NCBI RefSeq assembly: GCF_009914755.1
Contig: NC_060930.1
Origin: the human T2T-CHM13v2.0 reference genome, Homo sapiens
Length of the DNA stretch: 64,000 bases
Strand: one strand, 5' to 3'
Below are positions 15,072-31,568 of the stretch, one piece after another. The translations under genes were made by a program, and so were the position numbers. The notes under the pieces are model-generated. The model searched no databases, was not told where the DNA came from, and worked only from the letters and a program-made list of their open reading frames with translations. The stretch's first letter is position 1. The number at the start of each line of letters is the position of its first letter.

Positions 15072-15693
15072 CTCTCTCTGCTGTTTCCCCTCTGGCGTTG
15101 TCGGGAAGGGAGGGGAAAGGACTAGGGGAAAGGTGCCTTTATGTAAGTCATGCAGCTGTCCTGACAGTCAAACTCTCTCTCTGGGAGGGTCCCCTTGTGT
15201 GGGCTCAAGAGACCTTTGAGGGTCTCTCCAGGGCACTGTTGTCTGATGCATACTGGGTCATCTCAGAGTCCCACTCCTAGGCTCCTGCCAGCTCTCCCCA
15301 TCACAGCCTGGGGCACATGATGCAGGGGGCTCCCCACCAGACAGCCAGCCACCTTGGGCGGGTCACCAGCCAGATGGCCTGAGTCACTGTCTGCTGCATT
15401 CACTTGGCCCACAGCACATCCTTCCACTCCACATTCCAGATGGGGAGAGTGTAGCTGCTCTCTCTGTCTGCTTTCTCTTCATCCCGCTGGGACGGGCTGC
15501 TGCAGCAAGACTTTTGCATTCAGAATTCTCTAGATGAAAAGGAGAGACCAGTTTCTATGTTCAGTTAGACTCCTAATTCAGGAAGGGGAGGGCACAGGGA
15601 TGGGAAGTTGGGGGATGGGGATGGAGGGAAGATGGGGATGGGGAAGAGGATGGGTCCACCTCTCTCAGAAACTTTCTCATTATTCTGTGCTAG

Positions 15694-15776
15694 TGTCAGC
15701 ACCAGATGGGCCTTCAGACCCCAGCATCTCCGTGAGCAGTGAGCAAAGCGGGGCACAGCAGCCTCCCGCTTTACAG
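15694..15776 (+). CDS. CDYL: CDYL1a-specific internal coding exon, 83 nt, phase 1 to phase 0, encoding (V)[27 protein letters not shown]
   Basis: Acceptor tattctgtgctag ends at 15693; donor CAG|gtaggt at 15777. Translation equals the recalled human CDYL1a segment between ...KRNN and VERIVDKRK. Length 2+27x3=83. Confidence 0.93.
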
Positions 15777-15936
15777 GTAGGTCTTGGTTTCTCCCAGTGG
15801 CAAGCTTGGAGTCCATCTGGCAAGGAAGAGCCCATAGGGGAATCGCCCCACACCACACTCTCCCTTTACATCTGTCCTGTGCTTGGGTCCCTTTGGTGGT
15901 CTGGTGAAGCTGTGGACTCCTTAGAATGATGTTTTT

Positions 15937-16241
15937 GGCCGGGCACAGTGGCTCATGCCTGTAATCCCAGCACTTTGGGAGGCCGAGGCAGGCGGATCAG
16001 CTGAGGTCGGGAGTTCAAGACCAGCCTGACCAACATGGAGAAACCCCGTCTCTACTAAAAATACAAAATTTGCTGGGCGTGGTGGCGCATGCCTGTAATC
16101 CCAGCTACTTAGGAGGCTGAGGCAGGAGAATTGCTTGAACCCGGGAGATGGAGGTTGCGGTGAGCTGAGATTCATTACATCGTTGCACTCTAGCCTGGGT
16201 AACAACAGCGAAACTCTGTCTCAAAAAAAAGAAAAAAAAAA
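15937..16241 (+). mobile_element. AluSp-like
   Basis: catggagaaaccccg diagnostic; full length. Confidence 0.9.
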
Positions 16242-16244
16242 GGA

Positions 16245-17365
16245 CGTTTTTAAGTTTATAAAATAAAATATACAGGACTACAAAGGTTATCAATTACATT
16301 GAAATGCAGTTATCACAATCATTTGAAAATGTGTACTCTAGTAATAATGCTTCTTTTTAAAAAAAATCACTTTATTAGGATATAATTGACATACAAAAAG
16401 CTGTACCTATTCAGGCCAGGCTCAGTGGCTCATGGCTGTAATCCTAGCCCTTTGGGAGGCCTAGGTGGGTGGATCGCTTGAGGAAAGGAGTTCGAGACCA
16501 GCCTGGCCAACATGGTGAAACCCCATCTCTAATAAAAATACAAAAAAATTAGCCAAGCTTGGTGGTGCACACCTGTAATCCCAACTACTCAGGAGGCTGA
16601 GGTGGGAGAATCACTTGAACCCAGGAGGTGGAGGTTGCGGCGAGCTGAGATCGCTCCACTGCACTCTAGCACGGGCAACAAGAGCGAAACTCCATCTCAA
16701 AAAAAAAAATAGTTGTACATATTTAATGTATACGTGCACCCCCATGAAACTATCACCACAATTTATGTTATAAACATATCCATCATCTCCAAAAGGTTCC
16801 CCCGCCCTCTGTATTTATGTGCATGTGTGCACGTGATGGGGGGGGTGGGATGAGAGCACCTAACAGTTAAGATCTACCCTCTTGGTAAATGCTCAAGTAT
16901 GCAAGTTCTGTTAACTATAGACAGCATGCTCTCCAGTAGCTCTTTAGAACTTGTATAAGGGAAATGTTGTACCCTTTGACCAACCCCTCCTGTTTCCCAC
17001 TCCCCCAGCCCCTGTCAACCATCATTCTGCTCTTTGCTTCTATGTGTTTGACTATTTTATATTTCTCAAGTGAAATGATGTAGTGCTTGTCCTTCTGTGT
17101 CTGGCTTCTTTCACTTAGATGATGCTTTATTAAAACATAATATAACAAGGTCTAACAGTGATTTCTAACTAGTGATGAGTATAAAGGTATTTTGCTATAT
17201 CTGCAATAGCTGTATGTAATATGAAAACACGTGTGCTTTCTACTAGAGACTAAGTTACAGTTGTTGCTGGTACTACTATGGTTTGTTGCGTACATTCATA
17301 ATTGGGGGAAATGCAACATTTCAGCTAGAGGATAGTGAAAATAAGGATGGAATATTTTTCCCATT
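16245..17365. mobile_element. hAT-Charlie-like DNA transposon fossil interrupted by an antisense L1M 3' fragment (about 16355-17118), itself interrupted by an Alu (16413-16709)
   Basis: agtgatgagtataaa...tactactatggtttgttg...gaaaataaggatg DNA-transposon motifs; L1 3'UTR motifs tgtaccctttgaccaac and tctgtgtctggcttctttcactta. Confidence 0.6.
16413..16709 (+). mobile_element. AluS
   Basis: Full-length sense Alu. Confidence 0.9.
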
Positions 17366-18305
17366 GATGTTTGCAACCTGCCAAGGACAGACAAAGAACC
17401 CTTGCACTAGACTGACTACTGCCTGCTCCAGGGAATCCTCCCACAGCCTTCCTGGCCTCTGCTTATATAGGTCAGGAGGGTGCAGGGGACATGGCTGCAG
17501 GGCTGGTTTGGTGGCCTCTTGGTGAGGTTTGCAGAATCACCTAGCAACTTCCCTAGGAGTGGAGAGACATGAAAGCCAATGCTACTCAGCTTTTTTTTTT
17601 TTCTGCTACGCACTTTATTAGCAACTTAGCTTTTTTTTTCCCTCATAACCCATAGACTTAGCAGGAGGAGCATAGACATTAAGAGTAAGTGCACATGAAA
17701 CATTGAAAAGGAGTAAACATGAATCCTCTCTTTGCAAAAGACAGTCTCAGAAATTTCTCATCTGCTAATTCACTTAATTCAACAAATTACATCTATCATG
17801 TTTCAAGTGCTTTGTTTATCGATATAGTGGTAAACAGAATACACTGATGGGACAAGCAACTCTGAGATGACAGAACGAGTTCCCTAAATAGTCTGTTACT
17901 GTGACTCCTGTTTATGCTTGATATTCACAAAATATTCTGGAATTGATACCCGAGAAACTGCTAACAGTGATTACCTCTGGGGAGTAGAGATGGAAATTGA
18001 GAGGAAAAGAAGGGAATGTCTTTTCATGTTAAACTCCTTTGTACTGTCTTTAAAAATAATAATAAACATCTTTTTATATGATGAAAAACAAGTTGTAAAG
18101 ACAACTTTAAAAGTTTTCCTAAAGGAAACCATATGTGACTTTAACTGATTTGAGACAGTAGAAGCTTTCTAAGTATAAAAGTAATAGAAGGAACGATGGG
18201 GGAAATTGATAGATTTCACTACACACACAAAAAAAGATGCAAAACACGTCACAGACCAAAAATAACAAACTTAAGAAATATTTGCAACAAAAATTAAACA
18301 AAAGG

Positions 18306-18572
<267 letters not shown>

Positions 18573-18573
18573 A

Positions 18574-18760
18574 GCCTCAGCCTCCCAAGTAGGGGGGACT
18601 ACAGGCATGCACCACCACGCCTGGCTAATTTTTGTATTTTTAGTAGAGACAGGGTTTCACCATGTTGGCCAGGATGGTCTCGATCTCTTGACCTCATGAT
18701 CCACCCACTTTGGCCTCCCAGAGTGCTGGGATTACAGGTGTGAGCCATCGCACCAGCTGG
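18574..18760 (-). mobile_element. Truncated antisense Alu abutting the previous Alu
   Basis: Begins gcctcagcctcccaagtag immediately after the A tail. Confidence 0.88.
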
Positions 18761-19040
18761 AAATGGTTTCTTAAATAAGACCCAAAACGGACAAATGTTT
18801 AAAAACGTAAATTGAATTACATGAAAGTTAAAAACTTCAACACAATAACAGACATCTTAGAAAAAATGTAAAAAGTCAAAAGCCTAAAAGAAAGTGTTTG
18901 CAACACGAAAAACAAAGCATTAATATACAAAACATGCTAAAATTATTTTAAATAAACTTTAAAGAAAATACAATAGAAAAAAATGAGTAAATGATACATG
19001 CAGTAATTCACAGAAGAAACTGCTATAGTCAAAAAATACA

Positions 19041-19335
19041 GGCTGGTCTCTATGGCTCCCAGCACTTTGGGAGGCCAAGGCAAATGGATCACTTGAGGCC
19101 AGGAGTTGGAGACCAGCCTGGCCAACATGGTGAAACCCCATCTCTACTAAAAGTACAATAAATGAGCCAGGCATGGTGGTGCACACCTGTAATCCCAACT
19201 ACTAGGGAGGCTGAGGCACAAGAATCATTTGAACCTGGGAGGCAGAGGTTGCAGTGAGCCAAGATTATACACCATTGCACCTCAGCGTGGGTGACCAAGT
19301 GAGACTCTGTCTCAGAAAAGTAGTAATAAGTAAAA
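19041..19335 (+). mobile_element. Alu
   Basis: Sense Alu with a degenerate 5' end. Confidence 0.85.
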
Positions 19336-19810
19336 ATAAAAATAAAACAAATGCAGGAAAAGTTGTACAACTTTACCACAAACATGTAAATGCAAATAAA
19401 TCCACATTTCACTCCCACAAATCATTTCACTTTCCCATATGATTAGAAAAACTTTAAAATTTTGACAAAACCAAGTGTTAGAGAGGATCGTGGGAAACCA
19501 AAGATTCTCATGCACTATTAGTGGGAATGCAAATTTATTCAATCACTTTGGAGAAAAAGTTGGCATTATCCAGCAAAGTGAAAAATGAGTACAACCTCTG
19601 ACCCAATTCTGCTTCTGAAGAAACACTTGTACATGTGTGCAAAGAGACAAATAAAGATGTTTACTGCAGTGTTGCTCTATAGTAGAGATTAGTTGGAACT
19701 AGCTCAAACGTCTGTGTGTAGAAGAATGGATAAATAAACTACAATGGAACAATATGTGCAGTATAAACAAAGGAACCAGATTTATACGTAGCGACATCAA
19801 GGAATTATTA

Positions 19811-20165
<355 letters not shown>

Positions 20166-20176
20166 AACAATGTTGA

Positions 20177-20477
20177 GGCCAGGCACAGTGGCTCACTCCT
20201 GTAATCCTAGCACTTTGGGAGGCTGAGGTGGGTGAATGACCTGAGGTCAGGAGTTCAAGACCAGCCTGGCTAACATGGCAAAACCCTGTTTCTACTAAAA
20301 ATGCAAAAAATTAGCTGGGCATGGTGGCAGGCACCTGTAATCCCAGCTACTCAGGAGGCTGAGGCAGAAGAATCACTTGAATCTGGGAGGCAGAGGTTGC
20401 AGTGAGCCGAGATCTCGCCATTTGCACTCCAGCCTGGGTGACAAGAGTAAAACTCTGACTCAAAAAAAAAAAAAAAA
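20177..20477 (+). mobile_element. AluS
   Basis: Full-length sense Alu. Confidence 0.92.
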
Positions 20478-20612
20478 GTTGAGTAAAAAAAAAATGCCAC
20501 GGATAGTTTTATACAGTATAATACCACTTATTTAAATATTCTTAAATACCAAAGCAACATTAAATATTTACAGATGTATTTCTACCTAGTAAAAGCATAA
20601 AAAGGTGATTGA

Positions 20613-20915
<303 letters not shown>

Positions 20916-21239
20916 GTAATTGATACACACTAAATTTCTGATGGAAAGGAAATGGGGAAGGAAAGAGGAGAAGTGTTATTGTACTTTCTTATACTTTAAA
21001 AAAATTTTCCCAAAAAAAGCAGTACATGTGAAATTACGAAGGAGAGTGTCTGACTTTTATTAGATACTTGCTAAATTATAGCTATCCTTGAAGTTATCTA
21101 TCAAGAACAGGTGCTAAAATGTACTTGCTTCCTGTTTCCCAACTACACCAACTGGTGGCTTCTCCTCATCCCACGTGTGCTAACAGCAGGCTCTGTGTAT
21201 CACAGAACAACACAGTGTGAGCCTTGAGCCTCATGTCAA

Positions 21240-21458
21240 GCCGGTGCTTCTCAACCTGGGGACAATTTTCACTGCCAGGGGACACTTGGCAATGTCTGGA
21301 GGCATTTTAGTCGTCACAGCTGGGGCAGAGGGCGTTGCTACTAGAATGGAGAGTGTCGAGGCCAGGGAACTGCTGAACATCCTGAGATTCTCAGGACAGC
21401 CCCCACCACAAAGAACCATCTGGTCCAAATGTCAATAGTGCCGAGGTTGAGAAACCCA
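21240..21458. mobile_element. MER20 (hAT-Charlie)
   Basis: ttctcaacc...ccaggggacacttggcaatgtctggaggcatttt...gtcaatagtgccgaggttgagaaaccc. Confidence 0.88.
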
Positions 21459-21596
21459 ATGTAAGCTCATAGAAATTAACATAAATAACCGTTGCATTGA
21501 ATCTAATATACTAAATTTGACTACTTTTCTGATGAGTCCTTTTTATAAATTATCAGACAAGTGAAGCCACATCTTCTTTCTAATCTTTCTTTCTAA

Positions 21597-22177
<581 letters not shown>

Positions 22178-23019
22178 TAGTTCAACTGATCCATGGACCA
22201 GATGTCAAATCTACACCATTAAATCACCTTCTCCATAGTCTTAAAGTTCAATTGGCCAAATCATGCATGAAGAGGCTACCAGTCATGGTTACATTCAGCT
22301 TCATAGCATAAAACTGCAAAAGACAAAGGCATATATAAGATTAAATTTCATTTTTCTCTCAGTTAAAAGAAACCTAGAGATAAGCAGTCCAGAGCTGCTT
22401 TGGTAGCTCCATGACATCATCATGCTCCATTGCATTCTCTGTGCCCCTCATCCTCATAGTTCCAGATGCTTGCTGAAGCTCCCCCAGAACATCCCTGTTT
22501 CTAAGTTCAAATCAGCAGGAAGGAGAAGGGAAGGGCATGGTTCTACTCTTTTAAGAACACTTCCAGGCAGCTCCTTGCAACCCAACTACTTTTATCTCAC
22601 TGGCCAGAATTTAATTACCTGACCATACTTAATGGTCAAGGAAGCAGGGAAATACAGATTTCTAGCTGGGCAGCAATGTGCCTGGGTGAAAATCAGGATT
22701 TCTTTGCTAAAGGAGAAGCAAAGAGTGGGTTTTGGAAGGCAGCTAGTAGTTGATGCTGTAGACTGGTCCTCTGGCAGATATACTCATGAATACTCTTCTG
22801 CCCCTGTGTAGACCTAGGCATTTCCCATCCAGTTAGTGCATCTCACTCAAAGTCCAGAATCTCTAGGTGATGTGCTCGATCATGTCTGCATGTGCCTCCT
22901 CATGGTCTGGTAATTTGCAAACCAAAAAATGTTATCTACATTTACATGCAATATAATTGCTGGCATAGGAGAAAAATAAGCAGACACACAGAAAAACTCA
23001 CATTAGAAAAGCAGGGAAA

Positions 23020-23322
23020 GGCTGGGTGTGGTGGCTCATGCCTCTAACCCCAACATTTTGGGATTACTCAGATCACTGGAGCCCAGGAATTCAAGACCAG
23101 CTTGGGCAACATAGTGAAGCCTCATCTCTACAAAAAATAAAAAATAAAATTTTTTTTAATTAGCCAGGTGTGGTGGTGTGTGCCTGTAGTCCCAGCTACT
23201 TGGGAAACTGATGGTGGGAGGGTCATTTAAGCCCAGGAGGCAGAGGTTGCAGTGAGCCAAGATTGCACCACTGCACTCCAGCCTGGGTGACAAAGATCCT
23301 GTCTCAAAAAAAAAAAAAAAAA
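23020..23322 (+). mobile_element. AluJ-like
   Basis: Diverged sense Alu whose tail merges into the minisatellite. Confidence 0.85.
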
Positions 23323-23594
23323 GAAAAGAAAAAGGAAGAGAGAAATATTGCAGGTATTGGTCCATAGCAATGATCAAATCCTGCTGGAAAAGAAAAGAAA
23401 AAGGAAGAGAGAAATATTGCAGGTATTGGTCCACAGCCATGATCAAATCCTGCTGGAAAAGAAAAGAAAAAGGAAGAGAGAAATATTGCAGGTATTGGCC
23501 CGTAGCAATGATCAAATCCTGCTGGAAAAGAAAAGAAAAAGGAAGAGAGAAATATTGCAGGTATTGGTCCATAGCAATGATCAAATCCTGCTGG
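23319..23594. repeat. Minisatellite, 4 x 69 bp
   Basis: Unit aaaagaaaagaaaaaggaagagagaaatattgcaggtattggtccatagcaatgatcaaatcctgctgg; copies end at 23387, 23456, 23525 and 23594; copies 2 and 3 each carry two substitutions. Confidence 0.97.
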
Positions 23595-25151
23595 ATAGGA
23601 ATGGCAAAGACTCCCTTTGGGGGCAGAGAAGGTCATTCCTTGATTGAGCTGCTGCCTTGAAGGATCTCTCTTGTCCATTGCCCCCATGGCCTCTGGCTTT
23701 GCCCTCTCAGGGGTTTTTCCTTGTCAGTTTTCCTCTATGGCTATATCTGAGCCCTGGGCATTGGAGATAGGATCATCTTGAAGCTGCATGGTTTCCACCG
23801 CCAACTTCTTGCTTGTGCAGGTGCAGGTTCCCAGGAATTCTTTTCAGAGTTGTCTAATCACAGTTTTTGCAGGCCAAGCTTGAGGTTTCTGTCCAAACAT
23901 AGGAAGCTTCCATCCAATCTCTTTGCTTCCAGTCAATTCCAAGTGTGGGTTACTACAGCCTAACACTGCGTCCAGAAACACTTCTCACGCCCCAAGGCTC
24001 TGATCTTTTATTTAGAGCTCTTTATGCTCTGGCCATCCTTTCCCTCTCCAATTGGCCTGGCTGCCTTGAGACCATTTGAAAGAAGAAAGAAGTTGGGTGA
24101 GATGGGAACACGCTTAATCTAATCTTTGTGTCTGGGCTTGTTTCCATTGTCTGGCAAGGAACCTAGGAAGATGCTCGGAAAGTGCCTGGGGCCACAGCCT
24201 TATCTCCTGCCAAGGCTGGATGGGCTTGCACTCACTGGAAGCTGTATTTTTCATCCTACAAGACTCCCAGTTACAGGACTCATAGCTGAGTTTAGATTAC
24301 AGGCAGAGTCTAATCTTTACAAAGCTATGTTTCCTTCCATCTCTGTTGGCAGGCAGGATAGCTCCAGATGAGTTTATATCTTTATCACAGCTCTTAGCTA
24401 AAAGCTGCAAGATGCAATCAATACAAACCAAAATTTTACACTTCTTACCCCTTCCCCCAGCCACATCTTCAGTTTGCATGTTGCTTGCTTTATATTATTC
24501 AGGAAATGGCAATTTTGATCAAATGTTTTGCTACAGCATAACAAGGGTCACTAATTTTCCAACTGATGATATCTGCTCACCACTGCTCCATGTCTGATCT
24601 TCTCCACTAAGCCAATGACACAATTGGATTTTATTATATATATCATCCAACTCATGGGTGTTGAATTTTATATTGATTAGGATAAGGTTTAGTTGCATAA
24701 AACAGGAAAATGCAAAATAATATGTTTAAACATAATACAAGGTGGTAACCCCACAGATGTGGCTTGTCATATGTGTAGTATGATAAGAAACACAATTTGC
24801 TTATTAATTATAACAGTTCCTAGTAATAACTTGTACCTGAGAGTATATGACTTAGATAAAATACCTACAGGTGAGTGTGATAACAGCTCCTTTTCCTATG
24901 TAGCTTGTGAGACTTTTCTCAAGTTGGAACAGGATTTAAAATGTAGTTTCTCATAAGGAGGGATCCAAAGATTTTATGATAATGTCGACTAATTCCTGAC
25001 CCAGAAGTCTGCAGAGGCTGGTGAAGGAGGGGTGGGGAGCTGAATCACTACTGAGCAGGACGAAGGTCAGATGGGAGTTGGGAAGGAGAGTGTCGAGGGA
25101 AGCCATCAGTGGGGCCCACCAGTCCAGAATCTGACTATAAAATTGCTAAAT

Positions 25152-25446
25152 AGCTCAGGCGCGAAGTCTCACACTGCAATCCCAGCACTCTGGGAGGCTG
25201 AGGTGGGAGGACTGCTTGAGGCCAGGAATTTAAGGCCAGCCTAGTCAGCTTAGTAAAACCCTGTCCCTACAAAAAATTTTAAAAATAGCCAGACGTGTGG
25301 TGCTGCATGCCTGTAGTCCCAGCTACTCAGGAGGCTGAGGCAGGAGGATTGCTTGAGCCCAGGAGTTCAAGGCTGCAGTGAGCTATGATTGAACCCACTG
25401 CACTTCAGCCTGGACAACAGAGCAAGACCCTGTCTCAAAAAAAAAA
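25152..25446 (+). mobile_element. AluJ-like
   Basis: ggattgcttgagcccaggagttcaaggctgcagtgagctatga; TSD-like aaaattgc. Confidence 0.88.
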
Positions 25447-25529
25447 TTGCCAAATTATGAGACAAAGAGAAAGAGAGTGCATGTTGAAATCAAGGAAAAG
25501 TCCAGAGTCCTACTACCACTGATTACTTT

Positions 25530-25760
25530 AAGAACCAACATTTCTTGTCACTGTGTGCCAGGCAGTGTACTAAATTCTTTACATACCTTTACTAATCTCT
25601 AAAAACCTTATGAGGTAGATACTACTATGATCTTCATTTTACAGATAAGGAAACTACGGCTTAAAGAGGTTAATTTTTCCAAAGTCATAGCAAATAGCAG
25701 AGCCAAGACTTGAACTCAGGTCTCTCAGAGAGCAACGCTAATCTCTTAACCTCTATGGTA
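25530..25760 (-). mobile_element. MIR
   Basis: cattttacagataaggaaact...agaggttaa core. Confidence 0.75.
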
Positions 25761-25899
25761 AATTGTTTGTAAAGTAGATTTGAGCTTTTTTTTTTCTTCA
25801 AAGAAATGACTCTCAACTGTGTCAACTATTCAGCACTAGCCAATCATTCATCACCTATGTAATCAGTCTGGTTTATGAGGAAAGATATCTCAGACATAC

Positions 25900-26218
<319 letters not shown>

Positions 26219-26394
26219 TAATTTGTATTATTAAGCCACATGTCATGGACTCTATGAACAAAAAGGGGGAAAGAAAGAGGTTGGCATTTAGGAAAATGAG
26301 AAAATAGACCAAGTATGATTTGAAGACCTTTTATTCCTCTCTCAGAAAACCCCCTCTTTCCCTCCCTCCTTTCTTTCATCAAACACTTAGTGTT

Positions 26395-26541
26395 GGCCGG
26401 GCTCGGTAGCTCACGCCTGTAATCTCAGCACTTTGGGAGGCTGAGGTGGGCAGAAAAGATCACTTGAGGTCAGGAATTCGAGACCAGCCTGGCCAACATA
26501 GTGAAACCCCATCTCTATTAAAAATAAAAATTAAAAAAAAA
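26395..26541 (+). mobile_element. Alu left monomer / FLAM
   Basis: Single monomer with A tail; aacacttagtgt / aacactgagtgt flanks. Confidence 0.8.
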
Positions 26542-26549
26542 AGTTAAAT

Positions 26550-27750
<1,201 letters not shown>

Positions 27751-27965
27751 GAAGAGGACTGTTGGCCTCCTGCCCTGCACCCCACATAGCACACACTGGC
27801 CAGGTCTTCTCGCTGTGCCGGCCCCTCACCCCATCTACTCTTGGGGGTCCTGCTCCATGCTGCATTACCCCAATCCCCATCCTAAATTAGTTCTGTGTCC
27901 CTTTCTCTCAGGGTCTTTCCTAGCTACTCTGGTGAATGATTTAATGTTAAAAATTCATAGGCATT

Positions 27966-28263
<298 letters not shown>

Positions 28264-29595
28264 TCATGGGCATTAATGCATTATTACCCAAAACATTTCT
28301 GAATTTTAATCAAAGAGAATCAATAGGATTTGAATCCATAGAAGAGCTCAGAGCATTTCCTTTCTTTTATTTATTTATGTATTTGTGATAGGTGGTTATT
28401 ACTGAGGTGACCTGGCCCTCATGTCCCACTCCTGCCACTAGAAATCTCATTTCCCCAACTGTGCGTTTTCCAAAAGTTGAATATTTCCTTTGCTTTTCGT
28501 GCACAGATATAAATTGCTTCCCAGGTCCTGATCCTTTTTACCTTAGAGAGCCTGTACCAGCACTTAGTGCATTTATTCATCTTTGTAATGGACAACTGCG
28601 ATTGTGGCTGTTTTAGCACAGGACACAGACAAAAGGGAACTAGAACTGTTTCTCACCAGTGCAAGGCCCTTGAGTCAGAAACACCTGGCAGTGAGTGGCA
28701 AAGAAGAAACAACTGTGAAGTTAAATGCCAATACCCCAGGGAAGCTTTCCCACAGGAATCATTAGGGACTTCTTCACCATGTTCCCATGGCAGTATGTCA
28801 TTTATCATACTGCACTGCAATTCTTTTGTTTTCAAGTCAGTCTTTCCTTCTACATTGTAAGTTCCAAGGAGAGAAATGTCGTACCTTCTCCATCTTTGTA
28901 CTGCCTGTCCCTGTGCCTTAACACAATGCTGCTGTAGATAGCAGGTGTTTAATAAATATCTATTGGGTGAATGAGTCTGCAGAGATATATGTCATTCACA
29001 GAGCATGTCAGGGAGCTTCTCGACACACCAAGTCACACTGGGAGGTTTTCCAGGGAATATAAGATTCCTTTTGCTATGTTGACCTCTTGCTTCTTGACCT
29101 TTGCATGTGCTGTGCCCGTGATTTCAAATACATCTCTCTTCATCCCTAATTAGGTAACAGCTACTTAGTCTTCTTAAAATTAATAAATATCAAGGCTGAG
29201 CACAGTGGCTCATGCAGTTGGGGAGGCCAAAGCTGGAAGACTGCTTGAGGCCAGGAGTTTAACACCAGCCTGGGAAACACAGCATTTTTTTCCAGGTGAA
29301 AAACATCATTTTTCACCTGGAAAAAAACATAAAGGATACATACTAATAACACAGGCTATATGGCAAATGTCTAACTGGTGGAGCTTGAGAAAGAGAATTC
29401 TGAGGGAAGAAAAACAGAAACTGATAGCAAGACTTGGAATAGGAGCAAAACAGGAGTATGATGGCATTGGGAGATTCCAGGGAAGTTCGGGAAGCCAAGA
29501 GGATGAATGGACACGGGGGTAGGGGTAGGAGCGTGGGAGGTATGGGGACCAGGATAGGAAGACATACATGGTTGGATGGAGAGACTGATGGCAAA

Positions 29596-29596
<1 letters not shown>

Positions 29597-29631
<35 letters not shown>
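29597..29631. repeat. (CA)n microsatellite
   Basis: About 17 AC units. Confidence 0.95.
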
Positions 29632-29635
<4 letters not shown>

Positions 29636-30231
29636 AATTTTAGTAAAAGAAAATATAAAGAAAAGAAATCTTGGCAAACTGTAAAACTAAAGATGGAAGA
29701 AGGAGAGGTAAAAAGGGAAAATGTGCAAAAAGCCAAGAAGTATCTTAGCTTATAATTATTCATCTCTAAAGGCTTCTATGAAATTATTCCTTCTGCTATT
29801 CAAAGCTTTCCTAAAATTCTGCTCTTCCTAGAAGTCTTTAACAGCAGAGAAGTAAACATCTTACCTCCTATAATAGAACAGTGAGACTGGAAGGGATCTT
29901 AGCAATCACCAAGCTCCTTCGTTTCACACAGAGGATGGAAGTGACTCCCCTGTAGACACACTGTTAGATCGCCTTGGAGCCTGAGCCAAAGTCACAGTCT
30001 GTGTATTTCTAGAATAGTGTTTATTCCAACAGGTAATTTTTTTCTACTCCATTTTCCCAAACAAATGACCTTCTCAAAAACTGGGGGGAAAAAGTCTGTT
30101 TTTTAAAGTAAGTCAATAAACATTTCATTGTGAAGGACTAAGCAATAGGCCTGGGAGGCAAGAGCTGGTTTTTGTACTCACAGCACCTAGCCCAGAGCCT
30201 GGCACAAAAGTAGTTTTCGATAGGGTTTTGT

Positions 30232-30450
30232 TGGATGGATGGATGGATGGATGGATAGATGGATGGATGGATGGATGGATGGATGGATGGATGGCTGGAT
30301 ATGAGATAGATGGATGAATGGATATGTGATGGATAGATGGATGGATGAATGAATGTATGATGGATGGATGGATGAATGGATATGAGATGGATGGATGGAT
30401 GGATATGTGATGGATGGATGGATGAATGAATGGAAGGATAGATGGATAAA
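30232..30450. repeat. (TGGA)n / (TGAA)n compound repeat at an L2 3' end
   Basis: cagcacctagcccagagcctggcaca L2 tail directly followed by a TGGA array. Confidence 0.9.
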
Positions 30451-30990
30451 TGTGTTCTATTTAGGGCTGCCACCACTATTCAGATAGTTATTGAATAGAC
30501 TGTTTCAATGTTTTCTGACTTTAAGAGGTATTTGATCTAACTTGCTTCTGCATATGGGCCAATGATCCCAGGTTGTTTTAAAGAATTCTTGGTAAATGAT
30601 CTAATTAATAAATGAGATGTTTTCAAATAAGTTATAATCTCATCGGAAACCTAAGACATGGATGTAAGCAGAAATGATTAGCAATACAGGAAAACAATGT
30701 GTTAAACGCCAGGTGACTATTCTTGCAGATAAGCTGTAAGTAGAGTGATATAACTTATTTTCTAAAGTGGGTCCCCTTCGAGAGTGAAAGAGGGCCTTAT
30801 TAATACACCAACACAATAGGAAAAAACAGGGCTATATGGTCCAAGTAGGGGGTTCAGATGAGAGGGCAGATTTCCCATGTACTGAGGAGGCTTCTTGAAC
30901 TTTGCTTGTGCTGTGCCATAATTTGGAGCACGTCTCTCTTCATTCCTAATTAGGTAACAGCTACTTAGTCTTAAAATTAATAACTGTAAA

Positions 30991-31568
<578 letters not shown>

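Larger units (their letters stand above)
22280..24730 (-). mobile_element. Old MaLR (MLT1-like) LTR plus internal remnant, interrupted by an Alu and the 69-bp minisatellite
   Basis: tctcactggccagaattt..., tctagctgggc and tttggaaggcagctag LTR-like motifs; internal-type motifs such as taacaagggtcac; start of a second LTR near 24670. Confidence 0.5.

Noticed and set aside
15534-15929. 131-aa ORF as a standalone gene
   Set aside because: Only the 83-nt portion between canonical splice sites matches CDYL1a; the remainder is intronic read-through.
23156-23687. Repetitive ORFs and CRISPR-like periodicity at the 69-bp array
   Set aside because: Head-to-tail tandem repeat with no unique spacers and no cas genes, in a primate intron; the ORFs arise because 69 is divisible by 3.
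24817-24876. Possible 54-nt poison exon ending in CAG|GTGAGT
   Set aside because: The donor is strong but the upstream acceptor lacks a polypyrimidine tract; isolated consensus donors are expected by chance in 64 kb.
29306-30476. ORFs with CVCVCV, THTHTH or IHPS runs
   Set aside because: Translations of (CA)n and (TGGA)n microsatellites.
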